Source: an uncultured delta proteobacterium (lineage in GTDB: Bacteria > Myxococcota_A > Polyangia > Polyangiales > Polyangiaceae). From it: a DNA stretch of 64,000 bases. Every line of letters starts with the position of its first letter. The first letter of the stretch is position 1. The translations under genes were made by a program, and so were the position numbers. Location of the stretch: the NCBI GenBank assembly GCA_963782055.1, contig CAWAIF010000003.1, positions 1,856,001 to 1,920,000 on the forward strand, read 5' to 3'. The notes under the pieces are model-generated. The model ran no database searches, was not told where the DNA came from, and saw nothing but the letters and a program-made list of their open reading frames with translations. This document shows positions 9,094 to 23,036 of this stretch, piece after piece.

Positions 9094-11235
9094 GTGAAGC
9101 GCTCCGTCCGCGGGCTGATGCTCGCCGCGCTGCTCGCGGGCGCGGCGTGCGGTCCGCCGCCGTCGCCAGAGCTCCCGCAGGGCGGCGCCGCGGCGGCGGA
9201 CCCGTACGCCGGCCTGGAGGCGCACGCCCGGGCGCGCGACGCCGAGGGCGAGCGCCTCACCGCCCTGGCGCTGGCGTCCGGCGACGCGGCGTCACGGGCG
9301 CGCGGCATGGCGGCGGCGCTGGACTACCGGACCTCGCCGCCCAAGGCCGTCCACACCGCGCTCCTCGCGCTGCTCGGCCGCTCGCAGGGGGACGAGCGGG
9401 CCGCGGCGGTCTGGGTGCTGCTCGCCGGTGGGGACGATGCGGTGCTGGCGCAGGCGCTGGAGGAGTACGCTCAGGGACGGCTGCAGCGGGTGACGCTGCC
9501 GGGTCGCGCGCACCTCTACGACGCGGTGGTGCTGGCGAAGACCGTGGCCGGCCTCCCCTGGCCCGAGCCGAAGGACGCCGTCCGCGAGCGCGTCCTGGTG
9601 GAGGCGCTGCCCGCCGCGGACCCGACGACACGCGGGATGCTGCTGCAGGCGCTCGAGGAGGCGGAGGGTGGCTCCGGCCTGGTCGCCGCCATCGGCGGGC
9701 TCGCCCGCGCGCCGCGCGCGGTGCAGGTCGTCTTCGCGCGGCTGCGCGACGCGCCGGACCCGCGCGCGGCCGACGCCCTCGCCGCGTACCTGGCCTCCGG
9801 GCCGCCCCCGCATTTCCGGACGGAGGCGGCGCTGCGCCTGGCCGAGCTGGGGGATCTGCGCGCGGTCCCGCACCTCGCGTGGCGCCTGCGGCAGGAGCCG
9901 GCGACGCTGTACCCGAAGGGCGGCGACTTCCCGGAGCTGGCGCGCAACGACAACGAGCGCGTGGCCTGCGCGCGGATGCTGGTGGACCTCGCGGCGCTGC
10001 ACCCGGAGGCGCTCGCGTCCCTGCGCGCGCAGGCGGAGGACGCGGTGCTCGCGTGGGCGACCGGGCGGTCGGAGCCTCACGCCAACGCGCTTCGCTTCCT
10101 CGCCGCGGTCGGGTCGACGAGCGCGCTGCCCTCGCTGCGCCGCTGGGCGGACCCGCCGACGCCGCTGCCCGCGCCGGGGGCCGTGCCGTTCCCCCCGGAG
10201 TTCTTCGTCGCGCAGTCGGCGCTCCAATCGCTGGGTCGCACGCGCGATCCGGGGGCCTGGGCGGTGCTGCAGAAGCAGCTCTTCCGGCGCCCGGCGAGCG
10301 TGGACGGGTCCATGGACGCGCTGATGCGAGGCGGGCAAGCGGTGCCGGGGATGGCCCTGCGCGCCCTCGCCTTCGGTGCGGCCGACGGCTTCGCCGAGTG
10401 GGGGGACTCGCGGGCGTTCCCGCTGCTGGTCAAGTACGTGCAGGATGCACGCAACAACGAGGAGTCGCGCCTGGAGGCGTGCCGGGCCATCGCGTGGGTG
10501 GCGACGGACGCGCAGCGCAGGAGCGTGGTCACGAAGGCCATGGCGGTGCGCGGCGCGTCGCCGAAGGCGGGGGTGCTCCGCGCGTGCTGGCTGGAGGCGC
10601 TCGCCGAGCGGCCTGTCGCGGCGGTGAACGCGGGTCTGCTGGGCATGCTCTCCGCGCACGTGCCGCCGGAGGCGCATCACGCCGCGGCGCGCGCGCTGGG
10701 CCGGGGCGGGCTGGATCCGTCGATCGAGGGCAAGGTGAGGGACGCGCTGAAGGACAAGGCGCGACGGCACGACGCGGCGCTCGCGCTGCTGCTGGGCGGG
10801 TCGGACGACGACGTCGCCGAGGCCCTCGGCGCCTACGAGACCGCGACCGCGGCTCAGGGCCTGCGGCAGCTCTACTTCCGGAGCATCTCGGCCGTGACCG
10901 ACGACGACCTCGCCTCCGGCAACGTGGCCCGCTGGGCCGCGCGCGCCGACGCCGCGCGTCGGGTGCGGGTTCGCGGCGTGCCGCAGGACTGGGTGTGGGG
11001 CGTGCTCGGGCAGGCGCTCCGCGACACGCAGTTCGACAGCGGCCCGCACACCCTCACGCGCACCGTCCTGCGCGCGCGCCTGCTCGCCGACGCGCGCGGC
11101 GCCGACGCGGCCAGGCGCGACGACGCCCTGCGCCTGCTCGCGCTGCTGGGCGAGCGCGGGGTGATGGCCGCGCTGGCGGCGGAGGACGACCCGCTCGGCG
11201 CCGCCGCGCGCGCGCGGCTGGAGGAGGCGCGATGA
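9094..11235 (+). CDS. HEAT-repeat lipoprotein, paralogue of the upstream gene
   Basis: Signal peptide with lipobox-like LAGAAC. Collinear shared blocks TEAALRLAE, DNERV, PHANALRFLAA and FDxGPH. Confidence 0.85.
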   Translation: MKRSVRGLMLAALLAGAACGPPPSPELPQGGAAAADPYAGLEAHARARDAEGERLTALALASGDAASRARGMAAALDYRTSPPKAVHTALLALLGRSQGDERAAAVWVLLAGGDDAVLAQALEEYAQGRLQRVTLPGRAHLYDAVVLAKTVAGLPWPEPKDAVRERVLVEALPAADPTTRGMLLQALEEAEGGSGLVAAIGGLARAPRAVQVVFARLRDAPDPRAADALAAYLASGPPPHFRTEAALRLAELGDLRAVPHLAWRLRQEPATLYPKGGDFPELARNDNERVACARMLVDLAALHPEALASLRAQAEDAVLAWATGRSEPHANALRFLAAVGSTSALPSLRRWADPPTPLPAPGAVPFPPEFFVAQSALQSLGRTRDPGAWAVLQKQLFRRPASVDGSMDALMRGGQAVPGMALRALAFGAADGFAEWGDSRAFPLLVKYVQDARNNEESRLEACRAIAWVATDAQRRSVVTKAMAVRGASPKAGVLRACWLEALAERPVAAVNAGLLGMLSAHVPPEAHHAAARALGRGGLDPSIEGKVRDALKDKARRHDAALALLLGGSDDDVAEALGAYETATAAQGLRQLYFRSISAVTDDDLASGNVARWAARADAARRVRVRGVPQDWVWGVLGQALRDTQFDSGPHTLTRTVLRARLLADARGADAARRDDALRLLALLGERGVMAALAAEDDPLGAAARARLEEAR

Positions 11236-11807
11236 GGCCGGCGCGCCTGGCGGTGTTCGGGCTGGCGCTCGTCGCCTGCGGGCCGGCGCCCGCGCCGAAG
11301 TCCTCGGCGAACATCGCGGTGTCGCGCATCGACGCGCCACCCGGCGTGACCCTCGAGCAGGCCTGCACCCCGACCGGCCCCGAGCTGTGCTTCAACGCGG
11401 CGGACGACAACTGCAACGGCATCATCGACGAGGGGTGCGGCGTCCGCACCGGCGCGCTGCAGTTCGCCATCGCGTGGGGCGACAGCCCCGCCGACGTCGA
11501 CCTGCGCGTGACCGACCCGGACGGCGCCACCATCGACTCCTCCAGGCCGGGGCAGCCCGACGGCCTGCACCTCGACCGCGACTGCCCGAAGGACGACTGC
11601 CACGGGCAGAACGAGGAGAACATCCTGTTCGAGGGCGTGGACCCGCCGCGCGGGCGCTACGTGGTCGACGTGGTGCTCGCCGAGACGCACGGCGCGGCGC
11701 TGCCCGTCTCGGTGACGCTCGGGGCACGCATCGGCAACCGCTCCTACCGCGCGGACCTGGTGCTCGAGAAGCGCGACGACAAGAAGAGCTTCGCCTTCAC
11801 CCTGTGA
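11232..11807 (+). CDS. Lipoprotein with MopE-like (putative metal-binding) motif and DUF2135/YfaP-like domain
   Basis: ATGA overlap, lipobox LVAC, ELCFNAADDNCNGIIDEGC, and LQFAIAWGDSPADVDLRVTDPDG...LDRD...NEENI. Confidence 0.8.
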   Translation: MRPARLAVFGLALVACGPAPAPKSSANIAVSRIDAPPGVTLEQACTPTGPELCFNAADDNCNGIIDEGCGVRTGALQFAIAWGDSPADVDLRVTDPDGATIDSSRPGQPDGLHLDRDCPKDDCHGQNEENILFEGVDPPRGRYVVDVVLAETHGAALPVSVTLGARIGNRSYRADLVLEKRDDKKSFAFTL

Positions 11808-11810
11808 GCG

Positions 11811-12407
11811 TCAGCCGGCTGCCGAGTCGGGGCCGGCGTCGCCGGTGCCCCAACGCGCCTTGAAGAAGCACTCGTCCTGCTGGCGCGCCCGGCAGCGCGG
11901 GTGCTCGATGAGCACGTTCTTCGCGCCGACGAGCTCCATCAGCCGGGTGAGGTAGCCCACGAGCTCGCGGCAGAGGGCCTCGTCCACGCAACCCCAGCCC
12001 TCCAGCGTGCCGGAGAGCCTCGTCGGCGACTCGCGCGTGAGCTTCCACTCGCCGGTGTCGTGGAAGCGGCGCCAGTACTCGCCCGTCTTCTCGACCACGA
12101 TGGCCGGGTTCATGATGCGCAAGAACACGCGGTGGATGAGGGTGAGGTCGCGCTCCGCCTCGAACCGCCCGAGCTGCACCACGAGCGCCATGTCGCCGTA
12201 CCCGTGCGCCTCCTCGAGGGCGTTGATGAGGCGGGCGTAGAGCGCCAGCGAGTACCAGCCGATGGTGACGACCGAAGGCAGGACCTCGCGGTCCGCCGGC
12301 GTGAGTCGCTCGAGGACGGCGTCGTAGCCCTCCTGCCCGAAGCGCTGGATCGTGAACGCCTTCACGTTCACGAAGCTGATGCCCTTGGTGAGTGCCTCCC
12401 CGTCCAT
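11811..12407 (-). CDS. Myxobacterial H-NOX/V4R-like fold protein (DUF2378/TIGR02265-like)
   Basis: KGISF...RFG...GWY...YWRRFHDTG...CRARQQDECFFKARW pattern. Confidence 0.7.
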   Translation of the reverse strand: MDGEALTKGISFVNVKAFTIQRFGQEGYDAVLERLTPADREVLPSVVTIGWYSLALYARLINALEEAHGYGDMALVVQLGRFEAERDLTLIHRVFLRIMNPAIVVEKTGEYWRRFHDTGEWKLTRESPTRLSGTLEGWGCVDEALCRELVGYLTRLMELVGAKNVLIEHPRCRARQQDECFFKARWGTGDAGPDSAAG

Positions 12408-12472
12408 TGGTGAACCAGCTCCTTCAGGTCGCACCGCCCGACGTGCAGCGGGCAGCCCGTGCCAGGCTAGAT

Positions 12473-12500
12473 TTGACGCGAAGCGGCGTCACCCTATAAA
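12473..12500 (+). promoter_or_regulatory. Sigma-70-type promoter with overlapping palindromic operator
   Basis: TTGACG-16 bp-TATAAA, with palindrome TGACGC-N6-GCGTCA at 12474-12491. Confidence 0.6.
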
Positions 12501-12550
12501 AGGCCTATCTTCGTTGGCCGGCGCCGCCCGTCGTGGCGCCTCGGAGGAAC

Positions 12551-14875
<2,325 letters not shown>

Positions 14876-14923
14876 CCTCGGGGGGGTTTACTTCGGCGCC
14901 CGGTTTGCAGCTATCCTCGGGGA

Positions 14924-15406
14924 ATGATGCCTCCGGGGGACCCTTCGCGGAGACCGTTCCCGCCGCCGCAGGAGCCGGGTCCTGGGTCGCCGGTCTTCGC
15001 CTTCGGCCCCCCGCCACGGCCTCCGCCCAAGCAGCTCCCCACCTCGCTCAAGGCGATCCTGTACCTGAAGGGCGCGGGCGCGATCGTCGGCATACTGCTG
15101 TCGATGGTCGCCTTCATGACCCTCGGAAAGATCGCCACCGAGACGACTTACCTGGAGCACGACCAGTCGGTGAAGATGGGGAGGTTGCTGCTCTTCGCGG
15201 CGGCGGTGTCCTTCGTGCAGCTCGTGGGCGTGTGGGCGACCTTCAACTTCAAGAAGTGGGGCGTGCTCACCATCCTCGCCTTCTCGCTGCTCAACGTGCT
15301 CGTGCGCGTGCGGGCGGGCGGGGGCTCCATCTTCGTGACGAGCTCCGTCCTGGTGACGGTCGCTCTCGCCGCCCTCGTCTTCCCGCGCTGGGCGGACTTC
15401 GAGTAA
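14924..15406 (+). CDS. Hypothetical membrane protein (~4 TM)
   Basis: Pro-rich N-terminus followed by four hydrophobic segments. Confidence 0.75.
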   Translation: MMPPGDPSRRPFPPPQEPGPGSPVFAFGPPPRPPPKQLPTSLKAILYLKGAGAIVGILLSMVAFMTLGKIATETTYLEHDQSVKMGRLLLFAAAVSFVQLVGVWATFNFKKWGVLTILAFSLLNVLVRVRAGGGSIFVTSSVLVTVALAALVFPRWADFE

Positions 15407-15425
15407 GGCGCTATACCTAGCGGCG

Positions 15426-15612
15426 ATGGCGACCTGCCCGATCTGCCGCCGCAGCGCGGCGCCTCGCACGGACAACGCGGCCTTCCCCTTCTGCAGCCCA
15501 CGCTGCCGTCAGAATCGACCTCGGCAAGTGGCTGAGCGAGGACTACCGCATCTCGTCGCCGGCGCTCGGCGACGAGACGACACCGGCGACGACGAGCGAG
15601 GAGCCGTCGTGA
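15426..15612 (+). CDS. yacG: DNA gyrase inhibitor YacG (apparent +1 frameshift at 15513-15514)
   Basis: CPICRR...FPFCSPRCRQ, then in the next frame IDLGKWLSEDYRI...EEPS*. Removing one A from CAGAATC restores the gene. Confidence 0.88.
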
Positions 15613-16481
15613 CGCCCGGTCGCTTCGCGGCGGGCGCGGCGTTCGCCGCGGTGCTCGTGGCCGCGCCCGCGCTCGCGCAGACCACGCCGCCGCCGGGCGG
15701 CTACGGGCAGCCGACCTACGGCCAGCCGACCGGGCAGCCAGGCTATGGCCAGCCGCCGCCGGGTGGGCTCGCCCCGCCGCCGCCCATCGCGTCCACCGCG
15801 CCGGGCTCGCCCACAGCGCCCCCGCCGGGCTCCGGCACCGCCACCACCCAGAAGCTGAACGAGGCGCAGAAGAAGGACAGCGGGCGCGGGCTGGAGTGGG
15901 TCTACGCCGACGCCGAGGCCGGCTTCGCGTATGCGTCGCTCGGCTCGCTCTCCAACAACCTCTCCATCCAGCGCACCGACAACTCCGGCCCGATGCTCGG
16001 CGCGGCGGCCGGCGTGCGGCTGCTCGTCTTCACGCTGGGCGCGCGCTTTCGCTACCAGCTCCTGGACAGCTTCAACTTCTGGCAGCTCAACGCCGTCGTG
16101 GGGGTCCACGTCCCGCTCGGCCACTGGGACCCCTACGTGGCGATCCACGGCGGCTACTCGGCGATCGGGACGCTGGACTCCAGCGTGGTCGACATCAAGA
16201 ACCTGGCGAGCGGCGCCACCTCCAGCGACATCTCCGTCCACGGCGGCAACGTCGGGCTCTCCGGCGGGGTGGACTACTACTTCGTCCGCTTCCTCTCGCT
16301 CGGGGTGGACGGCAGCTTCGAGTTCCTCTTCCTGAAGCGCGATCCGCTGCCCATGCCGGCGGGCTGCGCGGCCACGCCGGCTTGCCAGGCGGCGGTCGCC
16401 AGCAACCCGCTTTACCAGAAGTCGGGCGACTCGGTCGGCATGGGCCTCAGCGTCTCGTTGCACCTCGGGCTGCACATTTGA
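15609..16481 (+). CDS. Outer-membrane beta-barrel protein with Pro/Gly/Gln-rich N-terminus
   Basis: GTG overlaps the yacG TGA. Signal peptide ending ALA-Q, amphipathic strands, and C-terminal SVSLHLGLHI. Confidence 0.8.
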   Translation: MTPGRFAAGAAFAAVLVAAPALAQTTPPPGGYGQPTYGQPTGQPGYGQPPPGGLAPPPPIASTAPGSPTAPPPGSGTATTQKLNEAQKKDSGRGLEWVYADAEAGFAYASLGSLSNNLSIQRTDNSGPMLGAAAGVRLLVFTLGARFRYQLLDSFNFWQLNAVVGVHVPLGHWDPYVAIHGGYSAIGTLDSSVVDIKNLASGATSSDISVHGGNVGLSGGVDYYFVRFLSLGVDGSFEFLFLKRDPLPMPAGCAATPACQAAVASNPLYQKSGDSVGMGLSVSLHLGLHI

Positions 16482-16552
16482 CGGGTCGCGAGGGGCGGCA
16501 CGCGCCGTCCCTCCCCGGCCCTCCGCTGCGCGTCGGGCGCGGCGCGTCGCAG
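16482..16552. repeat. REP-like repeat related to 3537-3661
   Basis: Reverse complement contains cccgacgcg(c/t)agcgg, cggggaggg and cggcgcgtgccgcccctc in the same order as 3537-3661. Confidence 0.6.
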
Positions 16553-16632
16553 CAACCACGCTATACTGCGGCGGGGCGCGCGCGTTTTGCCGCCGATTGG
16601 GCCGGGGCGGGCGGCGGCGCTAAGCTCCGGGC

Positions 16633-17793
16633 GTGCTCGCCGTCCTCAGGTGGCTGCTCCCGTCGGTGGTGCCGGCGCTCGCGTTGCTGGTGCTGCTCTG
16701 GCGCACCGACCGCAACCGCGAGCCTCCGCTCGTCGTGCTGGGCACCTACGGCCTGGGGATCCTCTTCGGCGCCGCAGCCTTCTGGGTCACCGGCAAGGCC
16801 AGGACGGCCATGGGCCTGGACCTCAGCATCCACGCCGCCGGACAGGCAGGCGCCCTCGCCTTCGTCTTCGCCATCTACTCCCCGTTCGGTGAGTTCGCGA
16901 AGGTCGCCGCGACGTGGCCCGCCTTCCGCTCCAGGTACTTCGACGAGCCGTTCGACGGCGTCGTCTACGCGGGCAGCGCGGCGCTCGGCTTCGCCACGCT
17001 GGAGAGCGCGCGCATCCTGCTGCGTCATCCCACCGGCGGGGTGTGGATCGCGCGCGCCCTCCTCGCCCTGCCGGCGCACCTCTTCTTCGCCGCGCTCTGG
17101 GGCTGGGGCCTCGGCCGCGCGAAGCGATCACGCGAGCCGAGCAAGGCCTTCCCCACGCTCTTCGTCGTGGCGGTGATCGGCCACGGCTTCTACACGCACC
17201 TCATCTACGGGCGCGGCGCGGGCGCGATGCTGGCGGTCATCCCCATGCTGCTCGGCATGGCCGTGGTGGCCTTCTTCGTCGGGCGCGACCTGCGCAAGCG
17301 CAACACGCTCGACCGCCAGTCCAGCGTCACGCGCCTCTCGATGGTGGGGCTGGAGGCGGCGGCGCGCCCCTCCATCCAGGCGTTCCGCGAGGCGCTCCGC
17401 AGGCGCGAGCGCCCCCTCATGATCCGCTGGGTCGTCATGGCGGTCTTCGTCACCTTCGGCGCGATGGTGCTCGGGCTCGCCGCCTCGGTGGCGCTCGGCT
17501 TCTTCGCGCACGTGGACTTCTCGGTCGTCGACGAGCGCGACGTCAGCGCGTCGGCGCCGGTGGCGCTCTTCGTGGCCGGCCTGCTCGCCGCCTTCCCGCT
17601 GAGCGGGTATCTCATCGCCCGGGCCGCCTCCCTCCGCGGCATCGCCGAGCCCGCCGCCGGGAGCGCCATCGCCATCCTCGCCACCCTGGTGCTGCTCGGC
17701 CTCGTCGCGCCGGTCGCGCTGGTCTTCGCGCTCGCCCTCGCGCCCATCGCCTTCGGCCTCTCCTGCCTGGGCGCGCTCTTCGGCCGCGCCTGA
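16633..17793 (+). CDS. PrsW-family intramembrane glutamic protease with C-terminal TM extension
   Basis: DRNREP, GEFAK, FDEPFDGVVY, ALGFATLES, PAH and HGFY. Confidence 0.85.
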   Translation: MLAVLRWLLPSVVPALALLVLLWRTDRNREPPLVVLGTYGLGILFGAAAFWVTGKARTAMGLDLSIHAAGQAGALAFVFAIYSPFGEFAKVAATWPAFRSRYFDEPFDGVVYAGSAALGFATLESARILLRHPTGGVWIARALLALPAHLFFAALWGWGLGRAKRSREPSKAFPTLFVVAVIGHGFYTHLIYGRGAGAMLAVIPMLLGMAVVAFFVGRDLRKRNTLDRQSSVTRLSMVGLEAAARPSIQAFREALRRRERPLMIRWVVMAVFVTFGAMVLGLAASVALGFFAHVDFSVVDERDVSASAPVALFVAGLLAAFPLSGYLIARAASLRGIAEPAAGSAIAILATLVLLGLVAPVALVFALALAPIAFGLSCLGALFGRA

Positions 17794-17887
17794 GAGGGTG
17801 CGTTCGGCCTTTTTCACGGACTGATCGGATCGGAGGGCACGTAAAGGCGCCTTGGCGCCGGTGAGCCCCACGTGCCAAGATCGCGCC

Positions 17888-20031
<2,144 letters not shown>

Positions 20032-20035
<4 letters not shown>

Positions 20036-21141
20036 TAGCCCAAGAAAGCGCTCCCGATCCGGCCGAGCCGCAGGTGCTCTCCGGCGCCGACGTGCTCGTC
20101 GTCGACGACTTCCCCGACACCCTCGCCCTCTACGAAGCCCTGCTCACCGACGATGGCCACCGCGTGCGCACCGCCCGCAGCGGCGCCGAGGCGCTCGCCA
20201 AGGTCGAGGAGCGCGAGCCGGAGCTGGTGCTGCTCGACGTGTCCATGCCCGGTCTGGATGGCTACGAGGTCCTGCGCCGCCTGCGCGCCCGCCAGGGCGG
20301 GGGTCCGGCGGTGCTCATGCTCACCGCCGCGCGCCGGGAGCCGGCCGCCATCGAGCACGGACTGCGGCAGGGCGCGGATGCGTATCTGACCAAGCCCATC
20401 GAGGGGCGGGAGCTGCTCGCCCGGCTGCGCGGCGCGCTGGAGTCCTTCCGGCTGCGCCGCCTGCTGGAGGCGCAGCGCCGTGATCACGTGGCCATGCTGG
20501 TGCACGATCTCCGCCACCCGCTCGGGTCGCTGGGGCTCGTCGCCGAGATCCTGGGCGCGGACGACCTCTCCGGGGACGAGCGGCAGCAGGCGCTCGCGAC
20601 GATGCGGAGCCTCTGCGCGGACATGGCGCGGCTGGTCGACGGCGTGCTTGCCGCCAGCCGCCTGGAGGCGGGGGTCTTCACGGTGGACCCGCGCCCCACC
20701 ACCGTGCGCAACGTTGTCGGCCCCACGATCGACGCCTTCGCCTCGGTCGCCTCCCGCCGCCACATCACCTTCTCCTTCGAGGGCGAGCTGGGCGCTCCCC
20801 TCCACGCCGACCCCATCAAGCTGCGGCAGGCCATCGACAACCTCGTCGCCAACGCGCTGAAGTTCACGCCGCGCGGGGGCCACGTGCGGGTGGCCTTCCA
20901 GACCCACGAGGACTCGGTCTGCTTCGACGTCAGCGACAGCGGCCCCGGCATCCCGCCCTCCGAGCGGCAGGCCGTCTTCGACCGCTACCGCCAGGGGCGG
21001 AGCGGCCGGACCGCGGGAGGGGCAGGGCTGGGGCTGGCCATCGCCCTGGGCATCGCCAAGGCCCACGGGGGCACCGTCACCATCGGCGAGAGCGACTGGG
21101 GCGGCTCGAGCTTCCGCCTCAGCCTGCCCGTGCCCGCCTGA
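20032..21141 (+). CDS. Hybrid receiver-histidine kinase
   Basis: VVDD, LLDVSMPGLDG, YLTKP, HDLRHPL, NALKFT, DSGPG and GAGLGL. GTGA overlap with the upstream gene. Confidence 0.93.
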
Positions 21142-21167
21142 GCGCTCCGCCGCCCGCAGGACCGAGG

Positions 21168-21195
21168 TTGACAAGCGGCCAATCTTGCCTAAAGT
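21168..21195 (+). promoter_or_regulatory. Sigma-70 promoter of rpsT
   Basis: TTGACA-16 bp-TAAAGT upstream of rpsT. Confidence 0.7.
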
Positions 21196-21228
21196 GCGCG
21201 CTCCGCATCCCGACCTGAGGTTTTTGTC

Positions 21229-21495
21229 GTGGCCAATCATCCGTCTGCAGAAAAGCGCAACCGCCAGCGGCTCACCCGCACCGCCCGCAACCGCTCCATC
21301 ACCAGCTCCGTGCGCACGCACGTGAAGCAGGTCCGGACGGCCATCCACGACAAGCAGAAGGACGCCGCGGTCAAGGCGCTCGCCGTCGCCATCTCCGCGC
21401 TGGACAGGGCCGCCCAGAAGGGCGCCCTGCACCGCAAGGCCGCGTCCCGCACCATCGCGCGTCTCTCCGCCCAGGTGCACGAGCTCGCCAAGTAA
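21229..21495 (+). CDS. rpsT: 30S ribosomal protein S20
   Basis: MANHPSAEKRNRQ...LDRAAQKGALHRKAASR. Confidence 0.97.
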   Translation: MANHPSAEKRNRQRLTRTARNRSITSSVRTHVKQVRTAIHDKQKDAAVKALAVAISALDRAAQKGALHRKAASRTIARLSAQVHELAK

Positions 21496-21503
21496 GGCTG
21501 TCG

Positions 21504-23018
21504 ATGGCGCCCGAGCGCCGTCGTGAGCTCGAAGGCCTCGTTGGAAGGACGCTGGGCGGCAAGTACCGCCTGGAGCGGCTCCTGGGGGCTGGCGGCATGG
21601 GCGGCGTGTACGAGGCCCGCGGCCCGGGCGGCGAGCGTGTCGCCGTCAAGGTCCTCTCGGTGCTCGACCCCGCCTCGCGCGAGCGGGTGATGGGGCGCTT
21701 CACCCGCGAGGCGCGCGCCGCCTCCGCCGTCGCCAGCGATCACATCGTCGGCGTGATCGACGCGGGCACCGATGCCGGCCGCCCCTTCATCGTCATGGAG
21801 CTGCTGGAGGGCGAGGACCTCGGCCACCGCCTGCGTAGCGCCGGCCGCCTCCCCGAGGCGGAGGCGCTCCACGTGGCCGCGCAGATCCTCGCCGCGCTGG
21901 CGGTGACGCACGACGCGGGCGTGGTGCACCGCGACCTGAAGCCGGACAACGTCTTTCTCTGCCGGCGCCCCGACGACCCCTGCTTCGTCAAGGTCGTCGA
22001 CTTCGGGATGTCCAAGCTCGCGCCCAAGGCGGGCGCCACCCTCCCGCTCGCGCTCACCGGCAAGGGCCTCGCGGTGGGGACGCCGTCGTACATGTCGCCC
22101 GAGCAGGCCCGCGCGCTGGCCGATGTCGACGGCCGCGCGGACCTGTGGGCGGTGGGCGCCATCCTCTTCGAGTGCCTCACGGGCTCGCCGCCCTTCGTCG
22201 CGAGCGCGCAGGAGCAGGTGCTCATCGCCATCTGCACCGTCGACGCGCCGGAGGTGCGGAGCATCGTGCCCGCGGTGTCCGAGCCGGTCGCGCGGCTGGT
22301 GAAGGAGGCGCTCTCGCGCGATCGCGCCAACCGATTCCCCACCGCGTGGCACATGCTGCGCGCCATCACCGACCTCGCCCCGGCGGAGATGCGCTTGTTG
22401 CCACACCAGGCGGTGACGCGCATGGACACCGTGGTCACGGGCCCGCCGGCGGAGGTGGCCGCGCTGCTCGCGCGCGCCGTCCCGCCGGAGGCCAGCGGGC
22501 CGTACCCGGCGCCCGAGGGCAGCGGCGCCATCCTCCTCCCCGCCGACGCGAGCGGGTCGAACGCCGCGCTGCGCGCTTCGGCGCCGAGGATCTCGGTGCC
22601 GCGCGTGTCCGCCCCCGCGGTGGTGGCGTCGCGCCCGCTCACGCGCCTGGGCAGGCCTTCGCGCGCGCCGGTCGTGGCGATCGCCATCGCCGCGGCCCTG
22701 CTCGGGGGCGGCGTGACGACGTACCTCGTCGCGAGCGCCAGAGCGAAGCATCGCCGGGAGGTGTCGAGCGAGGCGGCGTGGAGCGAGACGACCCCGAGCG
22801 CCGCCGGCAGCGTGAGCGCGCCGCGCGACAACACCCTCGAGCCGCTCGCGTCGTCCGCGCCGTCGGCCGGCGGGAGCGCGGTGGAGCCGCTGAGCACGCT
22901 GGCCCCGCTGCATGCGCCGCACGCGCACGCCACGGGCCGCCCGCCGGCCCATCACCACGCCCCGGCCGCCCACTCCGCCCGGCCCGGGGGCCTGAACCTC
23001 GCGCGCGATCTGCCCTGA
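21504..23018 (+). CDS. Transmembrane Ser/Thr protein kinase
   Basis: GAGGMGGV, AVK, HRDLKPDN, DFG, GTPSYMSPEQ, and a C-terminal TM. Confidence 0.95.
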   Translation: MAPERRRELEGLVGRTLGGKYRLERLLGAGGMGGVYEARGPGGERVAVKVLSVLDPASRERVMGRFTREARAASAVASDHIVGVIDAGTDAGRPFIVMELLEGEDLGHRLRSAGRLPEAEALHVAAQILAALAVTHDAGVVHRDLKPDNVFLCRRPDDPCFVKVVDFGMSKLAPKAGATLPLALTGKGLAVGTPSYMSPEQARALADVDGRADLWAVGAILFECLTGSPPFVASAQEQVLIAICTVDAPEVRSIVPAVSEPVARLVKEALSRDRANRFPTAWHMLRAITDLAPAEMRLLPHQAVTRMDTVVTGPPAEVAALLARAVPPEASGPYPAPEGSGAILLPADASGSNAALRASAPRISVPRVSAPAVVASRPLTRLGRPSRAPVVAIAIAAALLGGGVTTYLVASARAKHRREVSSEAAWSETTPSAAGSVSAPRDNTLEPLASSAPSAGGSAVEPLSTLAPLHAPHAHATGRPPAHHHAPAAHSARPGGLNLARDLP

Positions 23019-23036
23019 TCGAAGTACCATGGCGCC

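Noticed and set aside
15426..16481. YacG-beta-barrel fusion protein
   Set aside because: Explained by a single extra A. Each gene has its own stop/start overlap and the barrel has its own signal peptide.
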